IMG/VR virus record: IMGVR_UViG_3300037634_001606
Span: 1-34,338 of that record
Source of the DNA: a virus
Lineage: Duplodnaviria > Caudoviricetes
Length of the DNA: 34,338 nt
Reading direction: 5' to 3' (one strand)
Part shown: piece after piece, positions 6,834 through 16,829 of the stretch
How positions within the stretch are numbered: the stretch's first letter is position 1
Layout: each line of letters begins with the position of its first letter
Notes under the pieces: generated by a model
Database searches by the model: none
Told to the model about the DNA's origin: nothing
Seen by the model: only the letters and a program-made list of their open reading frames with translations
Made by a program: the position numbers and the translations under genes

Positions 6834-8157
6834 TTGGATACGGGCCTATTTAGAATATACTCGTGTACTGGAAGCCCCGGATACCTGTCACTTCTGGTCA
6901 GCGGTTGCGGCTATTGCCGGAGCCCTGCGTGGTAAGTGCTGGTTCGATATGGGCTTCTTCAAATGGAAGCCAAACTTCTTTATTATTCTTGTCGGCCCTC
7001 CCGGAATAATTAACAAGAGCACCACGATAGAGCAAGGCTATGCCCTTCTCCGTGAAGTGCCGGGGATTCACTTCGGCCCTGACTCAGTAACTTGGCAAGG
7101 ACTCACTGATGCCTTTGCAGAAGCTAGTGAAGAATACACCCTCGCAGATAACTTAGGTGTCTTATCGTCCAGCTCTATTACCATCGCCGCTAGTGAGTTG
7201 GGAACCTTCCTTGACCCACGGAACAGGGAGATGATAGACGTCTTGGTAGACCTCTGGGATGGACGCCCCGTTCCGTGGAAGCGTAGAACCAAAGGCGAAG
7301 GTCAATCCGAAATAGCCAATCCTTGGTTTAACTTCGTCGGCTGTACTACACCTGGGTGGATGCACGAGAACTTCCCTGAGTACGCAATTCAGGGTGGGTT
7401 CACATCTCGGACGGTGTTCGTGTATGGAGAGCACAAGAGATTTTTCAACGCCTATCCTCATCGGTCAATAGTTCCTAAAGAAAGAATGGAAATGAAAAGC
7501 AAGCTGGTCGAAGACTTGAAGCTCATAGCTAAAATCTCTGGCCCCTTCGACCTTACTGAAGATGCCTATGCTTGGGGAGAGAAGTGGTATGGTGAACACT
7601 GGCAACGCCCCCCGAATGAAACAGATAGTTTAGCTGGTTACAAGGCCCGCAAACAGACTCACATACACAAGCTTGCCATGGTACTATCCGCCGCCAAGAG
7701 TGATGATAGAGTCATTCAACTCGAAGACATAAAGACCGCCAACACCTTCATAAGCACCCTTGAGTCCACCATGCCTAGCGTGTTCTCAGCTGTGACAGAG
7801 AACCGAGACACGAAGTTTGCGGCTATGGTAGTCAAGCAAGTCAAGCATCATCCGAAGATAACCAAGACAGAAGTATGGCGCAAGCTGTTCAATGTAATGT
7901 CTATCAATGAATTCAACCTCGCACTCCAGGCCGCGGTAATTGCTGGCTATGTAAAGGAAACCAACAACGGTACAGACCTTGTACTCAGCTACGTTGGGCC
8001 TCGGGAAAAAGCTCCTCAATCTCAAGAAAGTCCCGACGAAACCCTTTCTCATTCGGCAGACCACGCTCCCGTAGAAGTGCCCGACGACGACGCTGCTTCA
8101 AGCTCTCCTTTAGTATCCTCGGAGTTATCCGAAGGCCAGGAGGTGCGTTCTGATTAA
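6757..8157 (+). CDS. DUF3987-like AAA+ ATPase, putative replicative helicase
   Basis: Variant Walker A ILVGPPGIINKST, Walker B-like TIAASELG, DLWDG, GCTTP and GGFTSR (Arg-finger-like). It follows the polymerase. The start codon is uncertain. Confidence 0.72.
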   Translation: MLLWLKLYHFLIGRNSEIAIQRNYPDWIRAYLEYTRVLEAPDTCHFWSAVAAIAGALRGKCWFDMGFFKWKPNFFIILVGPPGIINKSTTIEQGYALLREVPGIHFGPDSVTWQGLTDAFAEASEEYTLADNLGVLSSSSITIAASELGTFLDPRNREMIDVLVDLWDGRPVPWKRRTKGEGQSEIANPWFNFVGCTTPGWMHENFPEYAIQGGFTSRTVFVYGEHKRFFNAYPHRSIVPKERMEMKSKLVEDLKLIAKISGPFDLTEDAYAWGEKWYGEHWQRPPNETDSLAGYKARKQTHIHKLAMVLSAAKSDDRVIQLEDIKTANTFISTLESTMPSVFSAVTENRDTKFAAMVVKQVKHHPKITKTEVWRKLFNVMSINEFNLALQAAVIAGYVKETNNGTDLVLSYVGPREKAPQSQESPDETLSHSADHAPVEVPDDDAASSSPLVSSELSEGQEVRSD

Positions 8158-11100
8158 ATTGTTTAACTGCTTTCCGTACGTCTGCTATGCCTTCCCGGTG
8201 GCCCTCACCTTGGGCATATGCGTACTTCTCGAGGAGGAGACTTCTTCTCATCAGGACATACCTACGGAAGTCCTCTTTAATTCCGCGCAGCTCGTACGTA
8301 GTAGAAAGTCTACTTGGAGCGAATCCCAATGATTGAGCAATCAACTCTGCTTGTGCTTGACTGTCATGCGGATCAAACTCAACTACTTGTCCGCCCCCAC
8401 GGAATGTCTCTTCGCCTCTCGTGTGAAGACGCGCTGCTTTTGAAAGAGACTTCAACGCTATGGGCATACCCCTCTCCCATTTCTTCCATACATCAGGATC
8501 TGAGGACTCTGCTACTTTCCATAAGTTGTAAGGAATCCCTATCACTGGGCCAAGAATATCAACCACTGTCCGTCCGAATTTTGCCTCCGGATTCCTTTCA
8601 TTCGATAGTATCTCACCTACACCGGGAAGGAACCTACCCATGGTTAACGATCCCGTTATGTCTACATTGGGGACTGGCACTCCGAGAGCTTCAACTGCGT
8701 GTAACGGACCGAGACCCCAGTATCTTCCAGCACCGTGCATTATCAGATCTGGGCGGTCAGTAATTCCAGTCATCAGCTCACGGATATCATTCCGCAATTC
8801 CGTGTGCGGGTCTTTCATTCCCGTTAAGGTCTTAATCTTCGTCGTGCTCTTGTTCAAGATATCTAGTATATTCTCAGCAAACGGGATACCCTGTAGTCCA
8901 GCCAACAACCCAAGCATAAGCATGAACCGAATAGCTGTACCGCCGCCAGCCCCGCCCAAGGCAAGGAAGCTAGCGCCCTGCATCCACATCCAGAAGAGGA
9001 AGATAACGCTCTTCTTTCCTCGCATAAACTGAGGCCGGTTCCACTTAGCATACTCAAACATGGCAGTCTGAACAGCATCCTTTCCAACCTGATATATCTC
9101 TTCCGGGTCAGTGATTCCACTCTTCTCTGCCAACCGTGTAGCAGAGATAAAACTCACAAGCCTTGTATACTTCTCAGCATTCCTGAACATCCACGCACCG
9201 TAGTAGCTAGTATTACTCATCAGCCGCCCGGTCGCAGTACTCGGCACCATCCTTTCCAACACATTACTATCACTGAACCCAGCAAGCTCAGTTGCAATAC
9301 TCTCATCTAAGAACCCATCTTTTCTTGCTCTGTCAATCATGTCATTCAGAGCATTACTTATCTTAGGACTCTTACCTCCAAACACCCGAGCCGCGTCGAT
9401 AGTTGCATTAGCAATTTCCTTAGTCGTCTTGACATCTCCGAATTTACTCGACAAGTACGGATACAGCACCATCGGCACCTGCGTCATGTTCACAGCTGCT
9501 GACTTCGCATTGAATCCCAGGTACCACAGAAAGGCCATGGCCCTCAGCTTACTCCAGTCATCCTCTGGGTTCATGATATAATTATAATGGTCTCGGAAGT
9601 AATCACCCAACATAGCCGCACTGGTGGAATCTCCTATCTCCTGATCCACCCGTGTACGTAGCTGGTCAAACCCCTTCAGCGCTGCGTCCATGTCAATGAA
9701 GTGCTCAACCCGAGCAATGTGATTTGCCGCACTCAACATGTAGGAACTATATACCCTTAGCGCATCTTCGCTGAACCCGGCCACACCTTTACGATTCAAA
9801 AGGTGCTTAAGGAAAGCCCGTCCAGGAGACAGCCTTATTGTTATCTCCTTCATCCGTTCCTGTTGCTGAGGTGTTAATCCTAGCTCATTCTTAAAGCTAT
9901 CGATTAACGTTGGCGGCAGTCCGAGGAATTGGAATTCTTTATCCGTCAACTTACTCATGGTAATCTTCGCAGAGCCAAGCTGACTCAACTTATGCAGCTC
10001 TTCATTCCGAAGTAACTGGGCCTTCCGTGTCTCATGTGTCTCGAACAACACAGTGTCCCCAGCCTCATACGAACGCCCAGCGAATTTCATTGCCTTCTGT
10101 GCTTTCACAGTAACGGTGTACTGCCCAAACCGTTGGCGTGGAAAATAGTTTCTGTTCTTCAGCTCACTGAAATCCTTCTCGATCTTATTCAGCCTTGGAA
10201 TCAGCAGGAACTTCTCACTCCCTTTGTCTGCCAGAGCCGCTTGTAACATCTGCTTCCGGGTATCCTTATCCGTAGTCCTCCAGGCTTGTAGAAACTCCAC
10301 CGCCGCCGCCTGCGACCCGAGGCTTTCCAGCGCTGCATTATACTCCAGCCCCGGTTGCAACCTGTCCAAAATCGTACGGAAGCTCTCATCAATCTCGGTA
10401 AACAGCGCCTGCCCTGCCTCATCCAGTTTATTCTTCTGCATGATCCTAGCCACTTCCTCTGGAGTCAACCTCCGAGCAAGCTCGTCACTCGTAGTACTGA
10501 CCTCAAAGATAGTCTTACTCAGAGCCTCACTCCTTGTATTACTCGTGCTCCACCGTCCAGCAATGTCAGACGCCAGTTCCATTATCTCTGTCTTAGTGTT
10601 CCACCACCTCTGCACCACCTCGAGGTAATTCTTACTAGGACTTACATTAAACACCCGAGCCATTTGCAATGGAGTCAACACACCACCGGCACCTTTCACT
10701 CTCCAGACCTGGGTAAACTTCTTCAAATTTTCCTTAATAAGTTTCAAGTCCATATCCAAGTTTGCTTCAAGATTCGCGGCATGAGCCTCAGTCTTACTTG
10801 CAAAGACTTTAACAGGCGTCTCAGCTTGCGCAACATCACCAGGTATTTCCCACCATGAGAAGCCAAACTTATCTTTCACAATCTTCCCATCAAATTCCTT
10901 ATAAATCTTCGGTAGTTCCTTCTCATACATCTTGAAGATTCCTTCCCATCTGTTTAGATTAAGCGCAACATCCGGTGGTACATTTGGCTTGAAGCTTATA
11001 AGTGCATTTTTGTGATATTTACCTGCAACGATAGCCGCTGTCCTGCCTGTAGGAAACCTAATAGGCTTTCCAGGAAACATAATAGCATTCCTGCGTATAT

Positions 11101-14100
11101 ACTCACGTACCGTTTGATTCAACAGCGTAGTTCTCTGTGGAAAATCAACTGTATCAAACTGCCTATTCTGAGCTACATCACTTTGAACTTCCACCACATG
11201 AGTAACATCTTCCTTATCAACAAACCCACGAGTATGTGATAAATAATTATTCGAGTCTTTAAAATGTTCTGATGCCCTAGACAGTTCTCTCCCAACCTCA
11301 TCGATAGGTCGTTGAGTTTGCGTTGGCCCTTCCCAAACTAATGCCGAAGCTTGAACTCCATCCAATGTCTTGTCTAACCCTTGTTGTCCAACAAGCAATT
11401 GATACTCCGTTGCTATCGCTTCACTATTAGCTTGCTTAACAGCGTCCATTAACAGGCCAGCCTTTGCTCCTGCATCACCAAGTCCTTGGTATATCTCATC
11501 ATTAAAGAATTCCTCAAAGCTGTCAGTACCAGAGTTTAATCTAGCCCTTAAGTCTTTTAGTATTTTATCTGGCTGCCTTATCTTAGTTGCATCTAAACGA
11601 AAGTGTGCGTCCCTGTACATCCACGCACCCAAACGAAAGTGTGCGTCTGCCAAAGCCTTTCTATCTTTCTGGACTAACGCTAACAACTCCGCATCGAAGT
11701 TATCCAATATAGCCTGGTCTTCTCTACCAATATTCTGGAAGCCCACATTTGATAACTCAGGAGCATGCCAACTCTTTGCATTCAACGGGAGTATTCTTTG
11801 CATTACTTCGTGAATCAAAGTCTCCCTCTGGAACCTCCTCCCTATATGATGCAGTGCAAGTACTTCCCTGAATATCTCTACCTCACCTTTCTTAGCCTTC
11901 GCAGCTTTCAGCGCCTGCACCACATGCCCGGCGTTCAACCACTGTTTCTTCGGGAGTGCATCCAACACCCTTGTAGTATACTTAGGAATCTCTTTCAAGT
12001 CCACCATTCTGCGCAAATAGTTCTCTGTACGGAATTTCCCGCCCAAGTTAGTCGTATTAATTGGGGCGGATAAATAACGTCGGATATCACTCAGCATTAC
12101 CCTCAGTTCTGTGTCAGATAACTTAAGGTTTGGTAGGAACTCACGAAGGAATCTCCTCAGCGCAGCAACAACCCGAGTAAGGACTGGGGCACGAGGATTA
12201 CTTTCTGCCAGATGTGCAATCTTTTCCTCAGCAAGTTCCCTTTTATGTACAGGATTTGATAAGTCTAGTCCATACAAGTTAGCGAGTCCAGAAAGGTCAA
12301 AGGACTGGGCCACTTGGTCTAATAGTGCATTAAGTTCCTTGGGAAGAAGCACAGCCCTCAACCCATGGTGAGCCAGGGTTTCATGAAAATATGCCTGTAC
12401 AACAGCTTCAGGGGACTTGAGTCTATCTGCTATCAAGAACATTGTTTGTGAGTCAACATAGTACACAGCGCGAGTGCCCCGTGCTTGAGCCGCGCGCTTA
12501 ACATCTGGATGAACTATATCCTCGTGGCTCTTGACAATTGAAATCTGCGGGCCAAGTGGAAGTGCGATAGCCTCCACAGTTTCTTTCACCTGTTCCACCG
12601 AAATACCTGGTACTTGTGCAGTTGGAGCTACCTTTCGACTTTCGAATATCCCTTTCCTCAGCTCCACATTTTCTTTCTTAGTAGCAGTCCTACGCTCTAC
12701 TATCTCTCCCTCTGCCTTTGATCGCAAGGCATCCAAGATTTCGAATTCTTTGTCTGTGAGTCCCTCTTCGATTTCTTTTTCCAGCAGTTTATCAAGACGC
12801 TTCTGCTCTCCCTTAGTAAGTCTTTCGACACTTTCAGGACGAAGGGGACTGGTTTCAATCTCTTCTGGTGTAACTTGCAAGGACTCGTCATGTGTGACTA
12901 CCTCCTCAGTTTCTGTATTCACGTCTGGAAACGAAATAGCATCCTGTTCTCTACGAGAAGAAACAGTCTGGTGCTGAGGAATAGTTATTGGTCTAACCTT
13001 ACCGCCAATATCTAACGTTCCGACCTGCACTCTCGGTTCTCTTGTAGTAACCTTGAGTCCTTTACCCTCATCGATTCTATCTTCTACAATCGGTACCAAG
13101 GACTTATCCCGGGCAATAGGACTATGTGGTATTGGAAGCCCAAATGTCTGTTCCTGTACAGAAAAAGCATCAGCGGAGACTAATCCACTCTCATTCACAG
13201 CAGTAAAAACCGGAATAGGTGTACGCTCCGTTTGCTCAACCTGGTCTCGACTATCGGGGATTTGCTGAAGGGGAGCGCCTAGCTGCTGGGTGAGGAAAGC
13301 AATCTCTTTATTAATAACCACATCACCTCTTTCACCAAGGTCAATGGAGCTATAATCAGGCACCGGTGCCACTGTTTCTTCCTGCAACAACCCTTCATTT
13401 GGAAGAGTTGTGCTAGGCTTATTAACTTCCTCTGTTACCTGAGCATCGAAGTCTTCGAGTATTTCCTTCTCTGTCCGGTGACTTCTAGGACGGGAGAATG
13501 CGCCAACTGCACCACCAAACATGAGACCAGCAGCAGCCCCAACAGCCGCCGCGTCTCGAAGTCTCTTTCGACCTTCAGCCCCCAAGAAATCGTAGTTCTC
13601 ATCCACAATCTCCCGCGCGGCACTGGCTATTACCTCCTGACCAAACTCAGTAGCGGCTTCTAGTCCTGATATAACTGTACCACCAGCAGCGATACGCTTG
13701 AGTATATTCGGACTCCCCATGATCTTATCAATCAATTTGCTCTGTAGCTGTGGCCCTACTCCGAGCATACGCCCAAGCTGAAAGATAGGAAGTATCTCCA
13801 AACTACCTGCTAAAGCACCGCCAGCAACAGCAATTCCCGGCCTGATTTCACCTATAGATTCGTGCTGTTCCTGAGCAATACCACCAGTTTCCAGTGTACT
13901 TGCACCGCCGAATACACCAGCTGTTTGGCCCCTAGTAATGGTCTTTTTCAAGGCTTCTTCTGTCAGTTCTTTCTTAAACTTATCAGCAGCAAGTTTCTTA
14001 CCTACACCAGCTATAATTCCACCAACACCACCAGTTGCCACAATACTCGCAATGATAGGTAATTGTCTTCCTGCAACACCCTGCATGAAGTCTACAAAAG

Positions 14101-14437
14101 ACCCAACATCTTCAATCTTGTCGATGTTATCTACCAGTCCAGCAGTCAGCCGATGAGCCTCGTCAAACCGCTTTCCAGCAGCCTCGAAGCTTTCCGTCGC
14201 CGCGTTCTCAAACCCTAAGAGTTCTTGCCCTGTACCCACAGCTGCGCGAGTAAGACCTATGGTCTCCTCTACACCAGCTTTGAGGTTAGGAATGAAGTCC
14301 CCTGGTTCGTCAGTTTCCCGAGGCTGACCAGCAACGGCTTGGTCAAACCCTTCGAGGGCTGACTCAAAACCGTGCTTTTGTTTCGCCTTTTCTGTATCTT
14401 CGTCGAAAGCCGCTAGGGCATCATTGAAGTCTACCAT
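7985..14437 (-). CDS. Large internal virion/ejection protein, polyvalent type (2150 aa) with zincin-like and PLxRFG-like domains
   Basis: Last and largest gene of a podovirus late operon. It has Gly/Ala-rich hydrophobic N-terminal helices, FHETLAHHG..LAEE and NYFPRQRFGQY. Confidence 0.75.
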   Translation of the reverse strand: MVDFNDALAAFDEDTEKAKQKHGFESALEGFDQAVAGQPRETDEPGDFIPNLKAGVEETIGLTRAAVGTGQELLGFENAATESFEAAGKRFDEAHRLTAGLVDNIDKIEDVGSFVDFMQGVAGRQLPIIASIVATGGVGGIIAGVGKKLAADKFKKELTEEALKKTITRGQTAGVFGGASTLETGGIAQEQHESIGEIRPGIAVAGGALAGSLEILPIFQLGRMLGVGPQLQSKLIDKIMGSPNILKRIAAGGTVISGLEAATEFGQEVIASAAREIVDENYDFLGAEGRKRLRDAAAVGAAAGLMFGGAVGAFSRPRSHRTEKEILEDFDAQVTEEVNKPSTTLPNEGLLQEETVAPVPDYSSIDLGERGDVVINKEIAFLTQQLGAPLQQIPDSRDQVEQTERTPIPVFTAVNESGLVSADAFSVQEQTFGLPIPHSPIARDKSLVPIVEDRIDEGKGLKVTTREPRVQVGTLDIGGKVRPITIPQHQTVSSRREQDAISFPDVNTETEEVVTHDESLQVTPEEIETSPLRPESVERLTKGEQKRLDKLLEKEIEEGLTDKEFEILDALRSKAEGEIVERRTATKKENVELRKGIFESRKVAPTAQVPGISVEQVKETVEAIALPLGPQISIVKSHEDIVHPDVKRAAQARGTRAVYYVDSQTMFLIADRLKSPEAVVQAYFHETLAHHGLRAVLLPKELNALLDQVAQSFDLSGLANLYGLDLSNPVHKRELAEEKIAHLAESNPRAPVLTRVVAALRRFLREFLPNLKLSDTELRVMLSDIRRYLSAPINTTNLGGKFRTENYLRRMVDLKEIPKYTTRVLDALPKKQWLNAGHVVQALKAAKAKKGEVEIFREVLALHHIGRRFQRETLIHEVMQRILPLNAKSWHAPELSNVGFQNIGREDQAILDNFDAELLALVQKDRKALADAHFRLGAWMYRDAHFRLDATKIRQPDKILKDLRARLNSGTDSFEEFFNDEIYQGLGDAGAKAGLLMDAVKQANSEAIATEYQLLVGQQGLDKTLDGVQASALVWEGPTQTQRPIDEVGRELSRASEHFKDSNNYLSHTRGFVDKEDVTHVVEVQSDVAQNRQFDTVDFPQRTTLLNQTVREYIRRNAIMFPGKPIRFPTGRTAAIVAGKYHKNALISFKPNVPPDVALNLNRWEGIFKMYEKELPKIYKEFDGKIVKDKFGFSWWEIPGDVAQAETPVKVFASKTEAHAANLEANLDMDLKLIKENLKKFTQVWRVKGAGGVLTPLQMARVFNVSPSKNYLEVVQRWWNTKTEIMELASDIAGRWSTSNTRSEALSKTIFEVSTTSDELARRLTPEEVARIMQKNKLDEAGQALFTEIDESFRTILDRLQPGLEYNAALESLGSQAAAVEFLQAWRTTDKDTRKQMLQAALADKGSEKFLLIPRLNKIEKDFSELKNRNYFPRQRFGQYTVTVKAQKAMKFAGRSYEAGDTVLFETHETRKAQLLRNEELHKLSQLGSAKITMSKLTDKEFQFLGLPPTLIDSFKNELGLTPQQQERMKEITIRLSPGRAFLKHLLNRKGVAGFSEDALRVYSSYMLSAANHIARVEHFIDMDAALKGFDQLRTRVDQEIGDSTSAAMLGDYFRDHYNYIMNPEDDWSKLRAMAFLWYLGFNAKSAAVNMTQVPMVLYPYLSSKFGDVKTTKEIANATIDAARVFGGKSPKISNALNDMIDRARKDGFLDESIATELAGFSDSNVLERMVPSTATGRLMSNTSYYGAWMFRNAEKYTRLVSFISATRLAEKSGITDPEEIYQVGKDAVQTAMFEYAKWNRPQFMRGKKSVIFLFWMWMQGASFLALGGAGGGTAIRFMLMLGLLAGLQGIPFAENILDILNKSTTKIKTLTGMKDPHTELRNDIRELMTGITDRPDLIMHGAGRYWGLGPLHAVEALGVPVPNVDITGSLTMGRFLPGVGEILSNERNPEAKFGRTVVDILGPVIGIPYNLWKVAESSDPDVWKKWERGMPIALKSLSKAARLHTRGEETFRGGGQVVEFDPHDSQAQAELIAQSLGFAPSRLSTTYELRGIKEDFRRYVLMRRSLLLEKYAYAQGEGHREGIADVRKAVKQFNQNAPPGLRITPRILKESLKQRRRRALLRERGLPNEKGFRRDFLEIEELFPEAQRS
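11595..11647. repeat. 17-bp exact direct repeat (AAACGAAAGTGTGCGTC) with 36-bp period
   Basis: Copies at 11595-11611 and 11631-11647 encode DAHFRL twice in the large protein. Confidence 0.9.
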
Positions 14438-15399
14438 TATAGTGGCCTTGGTTGTGGAGATGCCGCAAGTGACAGTAATGCCGCAGCCGATGCTTCCTTC
14501 TCCGCTTTTTCTCTCCGTAAGCGTTCGATTAACTGTTCCAGACCTTCAGACTTCTGCTTGGCAGCGTCTTCTTGCTCGACTGACATAACCTTCATTACCT
14601 CAGCGACCAATGCGTCTGGGTCAATCCCCCTCTGCTCTGCTATGAACCGGATACCAGCTTCAACATCCTGCCCATCCTGAGCAAACAAGCGAGCCTGTTG
14701 TACCGCAGCACTTATAGTGACCGGGTTCGGAGCTTCAGGTAGAATCGGCTCAAGTCCCTCATTGCCAGCGGCCTGAGAATTGTAATAGTCCATCACGAAT
14801 TTTCTATAAGCCGGTGGTTGCTTACCCTCCAACTGGGACAGTTCCGCCACACTAAGATAGTTAGCATTCGCATCATCGAGAATCTTCCTGTTCAAGTCAG
14901 CTTGCTGGAGATTAAAGTCCTTCAGATTTTGATCCGTCAGGGCCTTGATTTTTTCTCTTGCTACCTTTGCCTTCTCTTCTTCAATCCCTTCCCTACTAGC
15001 AACCTCTGCCTCGTTCGACCTGGCTGTCTCGGCCTGAGATTCACGGGTCAGACCAATCCTTTCCTGCTCTCTACCCTCAGCCCGGTCACTGGACTCAAAC
15101 TCTCTCAAGTTCTTATTGAAGTTTCCAGTGAACTCAGCCCCGGCCAATGCCGCATCCGTGACGCGTGCACCAAAGCTGTTGTTCTCAAATGGGCTACGAT
15201 TCGCCTGGAGTTCCCTTGCCATTACCAAGGCACTCACCTGTCCCTGTGGAGTGGAAAAGAAATTGCCAAGTTCCTGTATCATAGGGAGGAATCCTTTCTT
15301 TCTCCGGTCTATCTCAGTCGGATCACTGGTCGGATTCACGGTTAATTTGGGAGGATTTGTACCTCCCCCTGCAACTGCTTGTCCTAACGGGTCTATCAC
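14437..15399 (-). CDS. Putative internal virion (ejection) protein
   Basis: Helical/coiled-coil protein directly upstream of the giant gene, coupled to it by TAATG. Confidence 0.55.
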   Translation of the reverse strand: MIDPLGQAVAGGGTNPPKLTVNPTSDPTEIDRRKKGFLPMIQELGNFFSTPQGQVSALVMARELQANRSPFENNSFGARVTDAALAGAEFTGNFNKNLREFESSDRAEGREQERIGLTRESQAETARSNEAEVASREGIEEEKAKVAREKIKALTDQNLKDFNLQQADLNRKILDDANANYLSVAELSQLEGKQPPAYRKFVMDYYNSQAAGNEGLEPILPEAPNPVTISAAVQQARLFAQDGQDVEAGIRFIAEQRGIDPDALVAEVMKVMSVEQEDAAKQKSEGLEQLIERLRREKAEKEASAAALLSLAASPQPRPL

Positions 15400-15932
15400 G
15401 CTAAACCTCCTCGGGCCAAGATTGTGCCCAAATCTTCAGTATCTTTTCCACGAGCTCCAACCAAAAAGTCCTGGAGACTCAGCCCACCACGGATACCCGA
15501 GAAATTTCCCTGAGGAATAGCAGGGCTACCAGGCTGTGGAATTGGAATATTCAACGGGTCTTTCTTAGGAATAGCTCCTCCAATACTTGCAAGGATATTC
15601 CCAAGGTCCGGTTCAGCAGCGACCACCGGAGGAGCTGTACCTGTTGACCCAGGAAAGTCATGCTCCCCCGGAAGTATACCAGCGGATGCAGTCTGTATCT
15701 GTGACGCAAGGTCTGGAAGCCCCAATTGCATAGCCCCAGCCATATTTGTGGGGTCAACTGCCTGGGCCAGCGTAGGTTGTGGGGCCGTCTCCAGCGCCGC
15801 CAACTCATCCGAATCATGTTGCTGAGCCAGCATCGTGGCGAACATATCTTGCCCATCTGCGGTCTGTAACAGCTGAAAGATTGCCTGAGGGTCTAGCCCC
15901 AGAGCACTTACACTACCTAATATACCTGTCAT
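15396..15932 (-). CDS. Hypothetical protein, probable internal virion protein
   Basis: SD AGGAG, Ala/Gly/Pro-rich sequence, located in the ejection cluster. Confidence 0.5.
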   Translation of the reverse strand: MTGILGSVSALGLDPQAIFQLLQTADGQDMFATMLAQQHDSDELAALETAPQPTLAQAVDPTNMAGAMQLGLPDLASQIQTASAGILPGEHDFPGSTGTAPPVVAAEPDLGNILASIGGAIPKKDPLNIPIPQPGSPAIPQGNFSGIRGGLSLQDFLVGARGKDTEDLGTILARGGLA

Positions 15933-15941
15933 TGTTATCTC

Positions 15942-16829
15942 CTACCCAAAAATAATGTCAAATAACGCGCCACCTGCGGCACCGATACCAGCACCCATTG
16001 GCCCACCAATTTCAGCCCCAATGCCGGCTCCACCTAAAGCACTACCTAAGAGCCTAGAAGCTCTACCCGGCCCCTGAGGTCCTGGCCCTGTAGCCACCGA
16101 ACTGGAACCTGCCGCTGGATGCCCAAAAGCAATTGCGGCCGCGTCTGCAATCCTCCGCTGTTCCTCGGTCTGCTCAAACAAACTCCTCTGCAGATTCGAA
16201 TCAAGCAATTGCTGACGCTTATCTTCCCTCTGTTGTCCAACCGCACTACTCGCGATGGACGGGGCAAGCCCAAGGTTAAATGCCTGCGGTGTCAGTGCAA
16301 GAGCTTTGATACTGGTATCCTGAGCCGTGTCAAATGCGCGGTTCCCCATGATGCTAGCAATATCAAATGCTTGTCCTGTAGCACCTTTAATAGCCCCCGC
16401 CTGTGCAATACCATGGCGAGAACTACCGACACCTCCTGCGTTGACCGCCCCAGCATCTATACCTGGAAGAATATTTTCCTGTAGATTCGTAAACACAGGG
16501 TTAATCGCCGCCTCAATAGCACCTTTGAGGAATGGATTCTGTTCAATATCCTGAGCTGCATTGATACCGAAGTTGGTTCCGCTAATTGCGTTTCCAATAA
16601 GATTATTAGCCTCATCTCCACCAGAAAACGCTAGAGCTTGTTGCTGACCTTTAATCGTGTTTCGATTATTAGGAGCAACTAGTTGGTCAGGTAAAGTGAC
16701 TGGAGAACCAAATGCACCTTCTATCTTTGGGAAGATACCTGCCAAGACATCTTTTTGTAACGGATCAAGCTCGATTTTATTCGTAACTTCGCTAGTTGTG
16801 TTTGCCGGTTGACGGCTACCTTTGCCCAT
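15942..16829 (-). CDS. Putative DNA-ejection/pilot protein
   Basis: N-terminal MGKGS..TTS, AGGVGSSRHGIA, and a Gly-zipper C-terminus (GGAGIGAEIGGPMGAGIGAAGG), typical of podovirus ejection proteins. Confidence 0.62.
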   Translation of the reverse strand: MGKGSRQPANTTSEVTNKIELDPLQKDVLAGIFPKIEGAFGSPVTLPDQLVAPNNRNTIKGQQQALAFSGGDEANNLIGNAISGTNFGINAAQDIEQNPFLKGAIEAAINPVFTNLQENILPGIDAGAVNAGGVGSSRHGIAQAGAIKGATGQAFDIASIMGNRAFDTAQDTSIKALALTPQAFNLGLAPSIASSAVGQQREDKRQQLLDSNLQRSLFEQTEEQRRIADAAAIAFGHPAAGSSSVATGPGPQGPGRASRLLGSALGGAGIGAEIGGPMGAGIGAAGGALFDIIFG

